Shown here one piece after another: positions 1 through 13,355 of a DNA stretch of 64,000 nt (the stretch's first letter is position 1; each line of letters opens with the position of its first letter). Both the position numbers and the translations under genes were made by a program. Source of the stretch: Tubulanus polymorphus (taxonomy: Eukaryota > Animalia > Nemertea); assembly GCF_964204645.1 (NCBI RefSeq), contig NC_134036.1:4308600-4372599 (forward strand), read 5' to 3'. The notes beneath the pieces were generated by a model that saw nothing but the letters and a program-made list of their open reading frames with translations, did no database searches and had not been told where the DNA came from.

Positions 1-1044
1 CTTCGCGAATAGAATAGATTACTGATTCCTTGAAGTGTCCACTTAACGGAGAATTCTTATCAAGGATCTCAAATCTCCTGCTCATGCACAGTCTAGCTTT
101 TCGGAAAGTACTTGAAAATCCTTTCGAAATACTTTAATGTTTTGGAAAGGTCTTCGAAGTATGGCGCCACCAAAATGCGGTCTGATCGAATTTTGGCTCT
201 ATTATCGGAATAGCTTAAAACTAGTCCAAGCCCTCTTTGGTCGTGTCCAAGCTAACAACTTATGGCCAGATAATTGATAACTTAAGACTTAAGTCGTGCG
301 AATTATAAGACCACATCTAGACCTCAATCAAGACTTCAAACTGAGCAATGTATTTCGTGGTATAGAAACGTATTAGACCGCGTTTGCGCAAACAACAAAG
401 AGACTTTAATATGTGAGGTCTCTTGCGACGAATTGTCTTACAACGGGAACGCGCACGCGACTGGACTACTTAATCGACCGAACTGCAATCTTGAAATTGA
501 TGCCAAGACGTTGCCGCCGCCGCCGCTGCCGCTGCCGTTGCAAACATCGCCGAGTACTCAGCGTCCCTAATCATTTCTGGAGGATCGCTTAAGTCACTTT
601 ACGAAATTAACGACAGCACCGATCGACAATTATAGTAGCATTTCATGCGCGTCGAGAATTTCGGAGCGCGACCTTCGCTCTGCGTAATAATTATAATATA
701 GTCGTGTCGGATAGGTTAAACGCGCATGCACGCGATGCTAATCACAATTCTCGCAGCGACGAACACAATGCGACCATTACCGAGATTTCCGACGATTTGC
801 ATCAACAGCCGATCAGCCGGGGTAGATCAGCAACTGCGGCGGCGGCCGGCGAGGCTTGTGTGTATGTGTCGGGTCGATTGGAATATTCGATGCAGATACA
901 AACCATTTTCTTACTATCACGTATAGGTTAGCGTATTCAATCGTGTGGGGCTGTCATAAACTCGTGTGAGTCAGGACTGATTGAATTCTAACCACATCTT
1001 ATTAAATAGTCCCAAATGCGGAATTAGAGTTAACAGAATAGAAT

Positions 1045-1200
1045 CCGCGTTTTACCGCAGTTAAGTTGAAACTGCAAAAATTCAAGTCAAATATCAAATA
1101 AGAATTTGTGAAATGCAGTAGACACTGACTCTTACTACGGTTAAGTTGAAACTGGTAAAAATTCGACCTCGAGTTGGCGTAAAAGACCGAGTACGAGTTT
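1045..1200 (-). repeat. Family C, degenerate reverse copy
   Basis: TTGTGAAATGCAGTAGACACTGACTCTTACTACGGTTAAGTTGAAACTGGTAAAAATTC matches the reverse complement of the unit. Confidence 0.75.
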
Positions 1201-3049
1201 AAGAGATTAAGTATCTCTAATTCGGCGAAGCTTGCAAAACTTTACCCCGAATTTGGGCTGAAAACTGAGTTTGGCAGCGAGAAACAAGACTTGTATGCAA
1301 GTTCTATACTTATGAATATATTATAAACTCCACAAGAGACGAATATTTGAATCCGAGAAACGATTCAGAACCGATACGATACGCTATTTATTGCCAACAG
1401 GAAGCGGACGGAACAAAAACAGAGCCGCGTGTAATGATTTTCATAGTCACAGGAAGGCGCGCATCGTTCAGCGGGCGAGTTGAACGGCTATTCACGACGA
1501 AACGCTTATTAATCGAGTCCCGGCGACCTTGACATTAACGTATAGTCACGTAACGGCGTGTGGGATGGAGCTACGAGGGAGAGAGAGAGAGAGAGAGAGA
1601 GAGTCGTCGTGATATATCGTCACCGACGCGATACCATTAAAAGATCAGTGAAATGGAACTAGCATCGCCGGCAGGATATACTGCGCACTTCTTTATAATA
1701 TACCTCTAACGGCTGGGACACCACGGCTTCGGAGCTGTACATTTGCAAAGGCTTACGAACGATGGATATCTCTAGACGTTTAATCAGCCAATTCTTAAAA
1801 AGCGATCGGTTAGATATCAGATGTGTTCTGAACTTCAGCAGAGACATTTTCAAATGAACGGTAAACACCGGACGTTATAGTATCGGCACAATTTCGGAAA
1901 GCGGTCGCCCACACTTTTCACATGTGTTCAGTGCTTCACCCGATACATTTTGACATTTCATTAGCTTATCTTAAGAAATGGTCGTCCACACTTCGCTAGT
2001 CTTCGGGACATTGCCTGAAGACGATTTTTAATCGAAAATGAACTACAAACACCAGATATTATAAGACAGCATTTTCAGCACACTGAAAAAATTAAGAAAC
2101 CGATCGTCCAGCGACGAATGTGAGAAGTTGAAACGGTTGCAGGCTGCAGATCGAAGATAACTAACTGAATGCGAACATCATCGCAGTTCGGTTAACGATC
2201 ACTTACATATGCAACGCTAGAGAAAAAGAACCAGTCACTTAGAACACCTTGGCGGTGTACCGGTATATATCGCTATCTTCTTTTCCCTAGACAAACCCTA
2301 ATTAAACATGCACCGCGGTGACTGTCGTCGCCGTGTCCGAAGAGGTGTATTAAGTATGCCTCGTTGAATTCGGTGTCCTCGACTCGAATTTTTCCATCAT
2401 CTCGTCATCATCATCATCCGAGCCCGGTATCAAAATGCGCGACGGCACGCGGCGGCGTTCAGATCAAATTTCCTGCGGTCAACAACAGACCGGGTGATTA
2501 ATTAGACAGCTCGAGCGACGCACACCTGACCAGCCTGCTCAACGAAAACAAAAATAGGCGGAAAAAACCGCCACCGAAGTCTCCGTCGCCAGCAGCAGCA
2601 GCGGCGGCCGGACAGGCTAGCGAGGACACGAGCCTCGCTGTCTCATTTTTTCTGCCCTCTCCCCTAACGAACCTTGATTGCTCGGCGCGGTGAGGCACTA
2701 ATGCGACCCAGACGGTTTTACGTGACAGATCCGAGCGCACGATTTGTTATTTGCGCGGTCGTTTTTTTTGCAACGGTGGTTGTTTACTCGGTCTGCGAGA
2801 GTGTCTCTCGGTTTTTTTCTCCGTCGGGGTCGCGCGGACGAAAGTTTCCAAGGACTTAGAACGAACGCGCGTTAATTTGTTGTTAATGATGTTGTCTAGG
2901 GTGAAAACCGGTAATTGATTTTTCCTTCCAGACGTAAACAGTTACGAATTGAGAAGAAAAATCCGAGCGAAAACAATCTACTTGTAGAAAGTTTGCGGAG
3001 AAAGTGTTTAATCGTAGGGACTGAGTCTGAACTTTTTTTTCTCAAACTA

Positions 3050-3272
3050 ATTTCAGAAAAATTTTACTCAGTATTTGACACGAACTCGGGGTAGAATTTT
3101 ACCAGTCTAATTTTTACCGCAGTAAGAGACAGAGTCTACTGTATTTCACAAACTCTTACTCAGTATTTGACCCCGACTTTGGGTAGAATTTTACCAGTCC
3201 CAAATTTACTGCAGTAAGAGACAGAGTCTACTGTATTTCACAAACTCTTACTCGGTATTTGCCACCAACTCG
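3050..3272 (+). repeat. Family C, about 2.5 units
   Basis: CAGTAAGAGACAGAGTCTACTGTATTTCACAAACTCTTACTCAGTATTTGAC repeated. Confidence 0.9.
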
Positions 3273-4087
3273 ACGAAATTTAGAATCATCGCAAGTGTCA
3301 AGCGAACTGTTTAACTGAAGTCTGATTGAGTCTCTATGCGTCAGTAAATCAACGATTTCAGATCCTATCGATAATTTCAATAGACTATAAATGGACTACT
3401 TTCGAAATCGCGATCGCAACCGTCGACGTTATCGGGCGTTTAATTGTTTTAATTACCGCTTTCAAACGAACCGAATTCAATTAGACGCAGACGCGCGCGG
3501 GTCGTCGTATCATCGGAATCGTTGATATCGGCGCTTTTTAGCTGTCGATTCATTTTCAAAGCGCGATTGTGAATCTTTCTATTCGTCGACGACGGCGGCG
3601 TCTTTCATCAGCGGAATTTCGGAATGCGCGCGCAAATCAATACGCGACCTTATTTGCATAAAATTTCGATCCTCGTGATGAGAACGACCTTTTTAGGCCC
3701 AATTCGACCTGAAAAACGTTTGGGCTAGGAATTGAAATATTCCGTTAACTCTACGCTATTTTCTATCTTAATATACACATTTCGTCTATGTATAAAGAAA
3801 CATCTACAATTTTTCTCACAAAAAAACAACGAGACCCCCTAATAGAATCTAAGGTAGCTCGCGATTGCAGCAGATGCATACGCGCGGCCATTACACGCTT
3901 CCGTACACTTTCCGTACACTGTTCGACGGGCTTCGTAGGGCACACGTCGTGATAAATCATGTGTCATCGAGGACTGTTACGCGGTCACAGTCGAATGCGC
4001 AAATCATGAACGTGGTACAAAAAAAAAACCATCAGCAGCGACGATACCGACTTAGCGATGCGAGCCTGGTTTTCGTGCCCGCGTTGT

Positions 4088-4258
4088 CGAAGTTATCGAG
4101 AATGAGAAGGTCGTCATCAGTAACTAATCATAATTTTACTGAATCGTTGAAGTTATCGAGAATGAGAAGGTCGTCATCTGTAACTAATCATAATTTTACT
4201 GAATCGTAGAAGTTACTGAGAATGAGAAGGTCGTCATTTTAGTAACTAATCATAATTT
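4088..4258 (+). repeat. 60-bp tandem repeat, about 3 copies
   Basis: GAAGTTATCGAGAATGAGAAGGTCGTCATCAGTAACTAATCATAATTTTACTGAATCG repeated. Confidence 0.93.
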
Positions 4259-6214
4259 CCCTAATTGGCACGCATGGCGCAAGCTCATCAAATCAAGAGT
4301 ACGAACTGATTGCAAAAGTCTTAACCAGTAATCTTCGGCCGAGAATATTCATAGATTTTTTTCCTTACGCGCAAAATTTCGAATTGAAAGAAATCCGCGA
4401 CCGACTTTTATCATTTCTTATCAAAGTCTCGGAAACTAATATTTTCCGTCGTCGCGTTCGATTCAAAGGACACGGCTTCGTACACGAGACGAGCGTTTAA
4501 CGACCGACCGGTGAAAAAGCGGCGTAACCCAGCGAGCGAGCTAGTAGCATTGCCGCCGCCGCCGTCGCCGCAGCCGCCGTGATTAATTACAACTTCAAAA
4601 CGAAAATCATTTCCACATATCCAACGGTGGACCCATTCATAGATCATTCGTTCAGTCAGTCTCCCGCGATGGCTGATACGGCGGAACGAATCGATCAATT
4701 CACGTTCGGTGCCCCGTCACTGTTATTCACCGTCGTCGTATCGGCCGTGTGCGCCGCGGTGAGTGTATTTGTACCGGGTATAACGAACCGGCTACATAGC
4801 TTCTCAAAACTATATACGCCGACCTATCTACCTATCTATATATATGTTCCTAACCACGGTATAATCGTATCAGCGAATCTGATAGAAGTCGGCATCGAAT
4901 ATTTACGAATTTCTATGCACGCGTTCATAATATAGCGTAGAGAATCCGCTAGAACGTCCGTTGTATCGATTTAAGTTAAGTTCGTTCGAAATCGTTGAAT
5001 ATAATCTAAATTTACGTATCCCTACATAATAGAGAGCTTTCCCGACTATAGATTAGAATAACGATTATATGATCCGGTTCAAAAGATACCGGTTAAGTTT
5101 GTCCCGATCGTAGTAATAAATCAATTTCCAACGCTCTAATCCGGGAGACTTTTAATTAAACCGTTCCCAGGTGTGGAGATAGACAAGTTAGGAACTTAAG
5201 TTCTTTCGAATTGATCAATTTAACATTATATATCCATATCAGCTTTAATCTTCAACATAAGTTGAATTTTATAGGTTAGATAATAACGTATAATAGTAAT
5301 AATAATGATAATCTTTATAATATCTTGTATATTCTATTAAGGATTAAGCGAAATGAACCTAGAATTTCAACTACACGATCGAAAGTTTTCCTTTCCTTTG
5401 AACGCAACTCATTTATCCTTAAGATTCGGCGCCATTCTCGCGAGCGTATCTGGTAGGACAATCACGTCGAATTGCCACAGTTCGCAGCCCTCGTAAACGA
5501 GCTTATTCGATTGAACAAAAAAAAAAGCACAACAACAAAGTACGGATTTTATCACGGTCTGCACCGACGCGACGCGACGCGAACGGATACGAACGGATGG
5601 AAAAAAGTGCCTCGTAAAAAGAAAAAAAAACCGTTTGCCGACATCACGAAAGCTTTTGATAGATGGTGTCGAAAGCTTTATAGCGATCGCTAGAAAAAAA
5701 AACATATTCTGATGTCTGAGGCGTATATCTGGCGTATACCGACTCGATACGATACCGAGAGAGAGAGAGCTACAGAGCTCGGCGGCAATCCGAAAGATTT
5801 CTCCAGAGAATCGTAAATGATCATCGTCGGAAATCGCGTATAGCCGAATAAAAACGATCGACGGCGCTCTGAATTACAACTGCCGGGACCGTGCATTGTA
5901 AGCGCCGGTCCCGCGACGCTCGTCGTTATGCATCATGCTGTCAACGCGCTTTCTCCGGTGGTGATACGGCGCGTATATAGTTTATATATAGAGCGAGTGG
6001 ACGGCGACGATATTGTTATAGCCCCGCAGCAGACCCTGGTCAAATCTATCAAAATCTTTACAGACGTCGACAGAAATAACGCGACAGCCCCGTGTGGGTG
6101 ATGTGAAATCCGTCTGTCATCGGAGCCGAACTCCGGTGGTTTTTTGTGTTGACCAAAAACAATAATTCCGCGCGACCATTGGTCGAAAGAAGTGCGCCAT
6201 TTTGACGCAGTTGT

Positions 6215-6362
6215 GGGGATTCGGTTTAAGACAGTTCTGCAGTCTATACTAGTTTGGATTTGACGCAGGACCCAGTCCCATATTTGTTTGGGTTGAATTT
6301 GACTCTGGAACCAGTTCCACAGTTGCGTGGGTTTAATTTGACTCTGGACCCAGTTCCACAAT
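6215..6362 (+). repeat. Degenerate ~40-bp tandem repeat family B
   Basis: Units resembling CCAGTTCCACAGTTGTGTGGGTTTAATTTGACTCTGGA(C/T). Confidence 0.85.
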
Positions 6363-7929
6363 CCATCCCGATTCTAATTATCTTTTATCGTTAATCGAAC
6401 ATTTTCAGACCGATTAAAAACAACCACCGAAACAAAATTGCAATATATCAAACCACCAAAAACGAGATCCACCTAAAAAAAAGATCGATCCTACACTTTT
6501 TCCGCGTATACAGTTCAAACGCTTCAGCTATATTCCAACCATATTTCATTAATCTTTTTTTCAAATTCACGGATCTACCGATACATAAAATCTCCCCATT
6601 ACATCTCTCTCTCTCTCTCTACATCGATTCGAGACGACAAAGGAAAAACAAATCACGGACCGAATCCAATATAACTAATGCGACAGCGCGTTATCCGAAA
6701 GTTTACGGCCAGATAAACGACGCTATTGTAGCGTATGACAATATTAATGAGTCTAAACGCCAGCTGTGTCGAGTGTATTAAGAGAGAGAGAGGGAGGTAT
6801 AGAGAGAGAGTGGGAGAGAGACAGTGAGAGCCGAGCGGAGTTAAAACACTTGAAAAACGGCACGACCGGTATTACGCACAGTCGAAAGCGTTTACTGAAT
6901 CGACGACGACGACGATATTATTCCTTACGGCGGTTTGTTTCTTTTTTACGATGAAATAAATATGGCGGTCGGAAAGTGCGGGGGCTGATGTAAGATCGGG
7001 TGATATAATATCCCGCAATATGAATAGAATGAGTGTTCAGCGGCGACAGATTCTTATAGAAAATCCCATACTGTAAGAATTAAGAAATAGATTCAGAATT
7101 GTCTCCTCGGGCTATTTTAAAGTAAGTTTAGTCAACGTCTCGAATGTCCCTATACAGGATGGCCATTTTCGGCCTATTTACGAATCCCCTTATTTCTTTC
7201 TAGTTTCTATTCTATTTTCCAATTTCCAGGAATGTTACAATTCATTCATTTTTCATTGAATCACGTACAGATAAGAAACACGTCAGCCAATAGCGTTATC
7301 AAAATTTACAGGTTTATTTTGTTCAAATTCAGTAAGTTTCCGAAAATAACAAGTCCTAGATTTTTTTCTAGATTCCCCGGGTCGCAGCCGAAATGTACAG
7401 TCGATAGTTCACTCGATTGAAACGGCAGCCGAACGACGACGACGAACCATATGGGAACGACAGCGAAAGATCGCATTAATGCTCGGATTAAACGGCGATA
7501 AATCGTCGGCGCGAAGTGTTCAGGCGTTCATCGACAGGTCGAGAGCGCCCCGCTCGCTCTAGCCGCCGTCGTAGACAGTTTTTAAAAGCCGTATTGCGAC
7601 GACAGCGACGACGGACGACGTTCGCGGAATCATGATTTAACGGTAATTATCGCTATCGTCGAGATGCGTAATTGAAATGCCAACCAGTATAAGGAAAGAG
7701 TCATCTGCGCGTACTGGCGGTGTTTTTCAGATGTTGGCGAGGCGCGACGACGGCTGCTTATGTTCGCCAAGACGTAGTCGCACACCTGTAGATATATATA
7801 ACCGGGATCGCAATTTTTCCCGAATGCGTTCGAAACCAAATTAGAGATTATGGTTTCAACATCGAGGTTATCAGTTCAAAAAGCCGAAAAGATTCAGTGT
7901 AAACGGCAAGGGAATAGCGATTGGGCTGA

Positions 7930-8045
7930 TACAAAGGTTATCGGTGATCCCCCTCTCCTCACAGCTGTAGCGGGAGAGCAGCGAGTAGAACAGACGCAAT
8001 AGCTTCTCGATGAACCCGCTCTCCTCGGAGTAGAACAGTCACAAT
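7930..8045 (+). repeat. ~65-bp repeat family G with internal hairpin
   Basis: CCCCTCTCCTCACAGCTGTAGCGGGAGAGCAGCGAGTAGAACAGA; related copy at 26655-26776. Confidence 0.85.
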
Positions 8046-8524
8046 CAAAACGAATCCACAAGTAGCGACCATGAGTAACTAATTATAAACCATTCGACAG
8101 GAAATCTGAATACAAATCGTCGGTTATATGACCGAGCATACGGCGGATAAAGTCACCTCTCGTTAACGAGAATACGTGACTCAGAATCGCGGCTAGCAGT
8201 GTAAGCCGGCGCTCTAGTCATCACCGCCGTCGTTTTGCCCGGCGCGATATGTGGATAGATGATGACAGGTTAGCCGTAAAGTGCCAGCGATGAGAGAGAG
8301 GGAGAGAGAGAGAGAGGTGAGACTGTTCAAATAATAATATGCGCGCACCGGGTTATATCGATGAAACCAGATATACCCGTAGCGCAGACGCTGTTGATAC
8401 AGGTCGGATATGCGTCACCCCTTAAAATGCGTCACATCCTCTGGACGACCAGCAGTATAATCAGAGCCGCACGTGGCCGTTGAGTATGAGTTTGGCCGAC
8501 TTATGCGTCAAGGTGGGCAGAGAT

Positions 8525-8765
8525 TGAAAACTGTCCGGTAATTGACCCCTGTACCGCGGTATTTAAACACTGGTTTACATTAAACAACCTTTCAGTAACT
8601 GACCCCTGTACCGCGGTATTTAAACACTGGTTTACATTAAACAGCCTTTCAGTAACTGACCCCTGTACCGCGGTATTTAAGCACTGGTTTACATTAAATA
8701 ACCTTTCAGCAACTGACCCGTGTACCGTGGTATCTAACCATTGGGCAGGATGGAACAACCCGTCT
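8525..8765 (+). repeat. 57-bp minisatellite family A, about 4 units
   Basis: Tandem CAGTAACTGACCCCTGTACCGCGGTATTTAAACACTGGTTTACATTAAACAACCTTT units. Confidence 0.95.
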
Positions 8766-8846
8766 CTAGTGTGGACGTCATAATCTAAAATCACTTTCAA
8801 ACAGACACTTCAAAACATTCAAAAACAAGCTTTATATTCTACGTAC

Positions 8847-8984
8847 GTTCGTAACTGGTGCGGGTGCTGTGGCGGGCGACGGTGCCGGAGTCGATGTAAC
8901 TACTGATACGGCTGCTGCTGCAGCTGGTGTTGCTGGTACTGATGTTTGCGTACTGCTGCTAGTCGACGTGTTACCGGTGCTCAT
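8847..8984 (-). CDS. Candidate internal alternative first coding exon (or part of a stop-containing cassette exon) of the CELF gene
   Basis: ATG-initiated 46 codons MSTGNTSTSSSTQTSVPATPAAAAAVSVVTSTPAPSPATAPAPVTN followed by AAC|gtacgt. It ends in phase 0, the same phase as the CELF intron it sits in. Low-complexity S/T/P/A peptide. Confidence 0.55.
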
Positions 8985-9819
8985 AATTCAAACATAATCC
9001 AACGTGCGCTGCGAAAAGTGCGTGACCGTGTGTCCGACTGTAGTCTGTACGAGCTCAGTTCGAGTTTCAAGGTCTCAGTTTTTATACAAATTTAATTCGC
9101 TGTCATATATCTTTTTTCGCGCTAGAAAATCCTAGATCTCTTCCTCGATCGAGTTCGAATCCCGATTTATTTTTACTAATACTTTTTTGTCCGTTACGCG
9201 TTTTACGGTAACCGCAGCAGTGAGTTAGTTTTAAATATACGAAAAATTGAACAGTTTCGTCGTATAGAAAAAAAAACAAATTAGGACGGCTCGATTTTTT
9301 TTTTACTTCAGGTTTACGAAAACGACAAACGAGGATTTTCCTTTTTTTTTAGAAAAACGCGTGCGCAGCAGTTTCGAAATAACGGTTTTCTTTCAAATTA
9401 TCGTTACTAAAAATGCCCGTTGAAATTCGAAATTCGAGGACAACGAAATAGCGATCGCCAGCGAATTCGACTTCTGATGAACAGATCAATACTCAACGTC
9501 GATAAAACTATTATTGATAATAGTAATAATAATAATAATAATAATGATAATAATATTTTCAACGAATATAAACTTACGTATATATGATAAATGTTATTAT
9601 TACAATATTACGATAATCGGTCTAGTACGAACCTACGTCCGGGCTGCACTCGCGTTTATCGAAATCCGTTTGAAAATCGCGGCCCCGTAATGATTTAGAG
9701 ATCGCCCGAAAAATCCTACGCGCTTTTTCTTCTGAATAAACGTGTTGTCTCCGATTCCGATCGCTTCTAAAGTCGGCGAAAAACGTATCAAGCTCCCGAT
9801 GCGGCGTTTCGCGATTTAA

Positions 9820-10040
9820 ATCTGGACGCTGCTGCTGCTGCTAATTTCTAGTTGTAACTATACTCTCTCTCAGCCGGTTGATGATGCTGTGGCGCGTGGT
9901 CGTTCGTACGATCGCTCGATGGCTAATGCGACGAGGCGGCTACGGCGCGCTAGTCTCTACCTCGCCGCCGAGCCGCAGCAGCAGCAGCAGCGGCGGCGGC
10001 GGCCGACAGCGCCGCGTGGCGCGCGCACGCACTAAACTAC
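9820..10040 (-). promoter_or_regulatory. Candidate internal promoter / 5' UTR start for the 8.9 kb exon
   Basis: Very GC/CpG-rich patch with (GCA)n and (GCG)n runs and a minus-strand TTAGT initiator-like motif near 10031-10035, about 1 kb upstream of the ATG at 8984. Inference only. Confidence 0.3.
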
Positions 10041-10494
10041 AATAAGCGGATATTAAACCCTGCTTTCATCGCGACGCGTATATTGTATCGTTTCTCGTGC
10101 GCGGAACACAATGAAACTTTTAGATTCTATTGTTCAGATCGAATTTAAATGCGTATTTATCATCCTCGTCGTCGTCCTCAGTGTATATAGGGTCTGGTCT
10201 AAGCGCCGGTGACGAACAAAAGGTCTAAATGCGTATAAGGTTCGATTTTCTGACGATTCTCGCGCTGATTCGATTATCCCGTCCCGTTGTGTGTCGTTAC
10301 GATAAAAGTTTAGTCATCGAAAAAAAAATGTTTACGTAGCGTGCGTATTTAGCGCACGGTAATACGGGGACTGCGCGGCAGAGAAGGATTCCACCTGCGG
10401 CAATCGAGGATCCGACCAGGGTCGCTAGTGGTTGCCCGTCGACTTCGACCGACGCAACTCTTAGGGACATGCCACTTGGTAAAATTAGAGTCAT

Positions 10495-10815
10495 AATTTG
10501 AGTCAAATTAAACCCACACTGCAAGCTCTGTACTGAAAGGACCCACGCCACTGTGGAACTGAATCCACAGTAGAATTAAACCCGCAAAAGGGTGGAACTC
10601 GTTCCAGATGTGGATTGGACCCACATAACCTGTGGTACTGGCTACCGATTCGATTTAAACACATAAACCCCGCACATAACTGTGGAACTGGATTCAAGTG
10701 ATTCAAATTAAACCCAACACATGGAAATGAACCCAGAGACAAATAAAACCCACAAGAAGTGGTAACTGGGTCCAGAGTAGATGAACTAAACCGTTACAAC
10801 TGCGCAACCAGATTT
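10495..10815 (-). repeat. Family B array, reverse orientation
   Basis: Repeated AATTAAACCCAC...CTGTGGAACTGG. Confidence 0.85.
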
Positions 10816-13229
10816 CCCGATGCAAATCATATATGTAACATGGATTCGATGTACTTTGGCTGGTCAGACACTCGGAGCCTGCGTAGGAACGCATTCTAAC
10901 ATGAATAAATTCATGACGGCTACATCGTGTGCGAAAGGCTCTTAGCGGGTCAAAAGTTGAAATTGTCACCGGCGCGCGAAGCCGTCGATACGCGCGACTC
11001 GACCGTGCAGATGACAAACGATACACTAGAAAATCTCCCGTCGACGATGTCGAGTGCCGCGGACAACGCGCCGACCGTATCGTCTCGGGGCATCGCAAGC
11101 TCTTCACCGACGGCTCTCGACGCGACGTTTCTAGCATCGAGTTCGAGAAGTGGACGGTGCGCGTTGTCCGCGTGTCGAGTGGCACCGGCCACCGAAAAGC
11201 GCCGGTCAGTCGAGTGCCGTTAATTACCGATATCGTGCGTGCGTGCGTGTGCGTGCTGCACTGTTTATACACGCTACACTCTAGATATTCTAAATATTTT
11301 CATATTCAAAATGCTCCCGATCCTATCAACAGGAAAACTGGACGAAAGCTCACCAGAACTATAACATGACCCAAATTGTGGCGTTTATAATGAGTGCATT
11401 GAAGAATGGCGCATAGTTTTCCTTAGATAAATAACCTAAAGGGCCAAGTCATCTTCTTACATTCTACGTTTTTCTTATATTTAAAGTTTAGATAAAATTA
11501 TCAAAGTTTCCGACGTCAATCGGTGTACCTGATCCGATAGATGACTCATTTAAGCCAGTGTTGCGTAATAATGACTTATGATTTAGGACCACCTCAGTTT
11601 TAAAGCTTATTCAACGACTCAAAACTTGTCATATATTTCGACTTCGATTTCTATAAGACGACTACGACATCGTCACAACACTGTGCAACTGAGTTCTTAT
11701 CTTAGATAGCAATGTCCGCTTCCTCGAAACAAAACTGGCGCAATTCAGGTAGACCTGATAGATACCTATTATGAGTTCTGAGCTTGGAGTATAATATAGC
11801 CCAGACCTTCCTTTTCACTAGGGAGAGATGACCGATTCATATGTCAAATCAAAATCCTATAGTAACAATCTCGGAGTGAAATCGTAAAATTCCGTGCGCA
11901 GCTGGGCAGGATTAATGGTTACATAAACTGCGTTACTAACAGTTATTGTCAGGCGGGTCAACCCTCTCCGCTATAATCCGAACGAACGCCTAGATTTTTC
12001 AAAGCGTCGAAACCGTCACCCCGACGGCTGCCTGGGCGTGTTAGCGCCCGCCAGGCCATCTGGCCGCCGAACTGAACCGTGCAATTATCGCCGTATTGTC
12101 CGTTCGGTCGTCCATTGAAACATCCGACAAAACACCGTAATTCGAAACCCGAATTACGATCTACGCCTAGATAGCAGTTGCGAATGATGCTAATTAAACA
12201 AATTAACCCTTTGATGCCGAATGCCTATCGATACGGTTATTTATGGTTCAGTTCGTCCGTCCTTGCTTATAGAAATTAGAGCATTTTGTTATCTTTGTCA
12301 CGAATTACGCTTTATGTTGCAATTACTATGAAAATATCAAATCTAACTTCGTTTCTGTAAAGTATACCCATAACCCGAGCTTTCAGAAATTCGGCAGGCT
12401 GCTAGACATGTAATACGCCCAAGCATTTTAAAGAAACTAAGAGTTTTTGTAAGACAAGTACAAACCCAATTCGGATGTTACTTGTTGTTGCTCATATTCA
12501 CTACATTCTGCCATCAAAAATACATCAAAATGTACTGAATATGCTTTTGCTTACTACAACTTTACATCACTCAGCGTAGTCAATATTGTGACGTTTTATA
12601 GCTGAAAGCCTGAATTCATATTTTCGTATTTCAAAAGACAACTATAACTTATATCTGCTAATTTAGTCTGCTTAATGATTTATTAATCCTTGCTCGGGCA
12701 GATGTCCCTCTAACGGACTAAACAATGACCAGTTTGTCACCAGCCAGTCGGTTACATGTATATCTGCATGTTCTTTTATCGCGACCAGTTGTGTATATAT
12801 TATATACACATATCATTATATACTGTACGATTCGTAGCCTACGCGTTATTAGCAAATTGAATCGAAATATTCTCGAAAAATCGATAGAAAGTTTCGATAA
12901 AATTGCCCCGGGGGTCGCGCACGAGAGAGGGAGAGAGACGACGCGACCAAAAATTCGGCCGCGGGACAAGCGAGGGCGGTGAACTTTGTTTGTTCGTTTC
13001 ACGGGGTTTGATTATTAATTTCTAGCTATGTATACGGGCGGCGGGCTTCTTCGCGCGAGTCGCAGCGAGAATCTCGTAATTATCCGCCAGCCACGTTCAG
13101 AACATATTATGTCATATAAGAACGCGCGATAATGATCTATTTTTGTTTTTTTTCTTGTTTGTTCTTATGTATTTGCCTTTCCCGAAAACGATGCCCAGAA
13201 TTTAGGTTTGATATGACTTTAGGATATTA

Positions 13230-13355
13230 ATATCCAGTTCCACAGTTGTGTACGTTTAATTTGACGTCGGATACAATTCCACATTGTTTTATTTGGCTTA
13301 TAAATCCAGTTCAACAGTCGTATGGGTCTGATTTCAATTTGAATCCAGTTCCAGA
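13230..13355 (+). repeat. Family B array
   Basis: Repeated TCCAGTTCCACAG-like motif at ~40-bp spacing. Confidence 0.75.

Noticed and set aside
5884-5912. GC-rich hairpin CGGGACCG...CGGTCCCG, and a 9-bp stem near 12136-12158
   Set aside because: Short stems are expected in CpG-rich DNA, intrinsic terminators do not apply here, and they are too short for a pre-miRNA.
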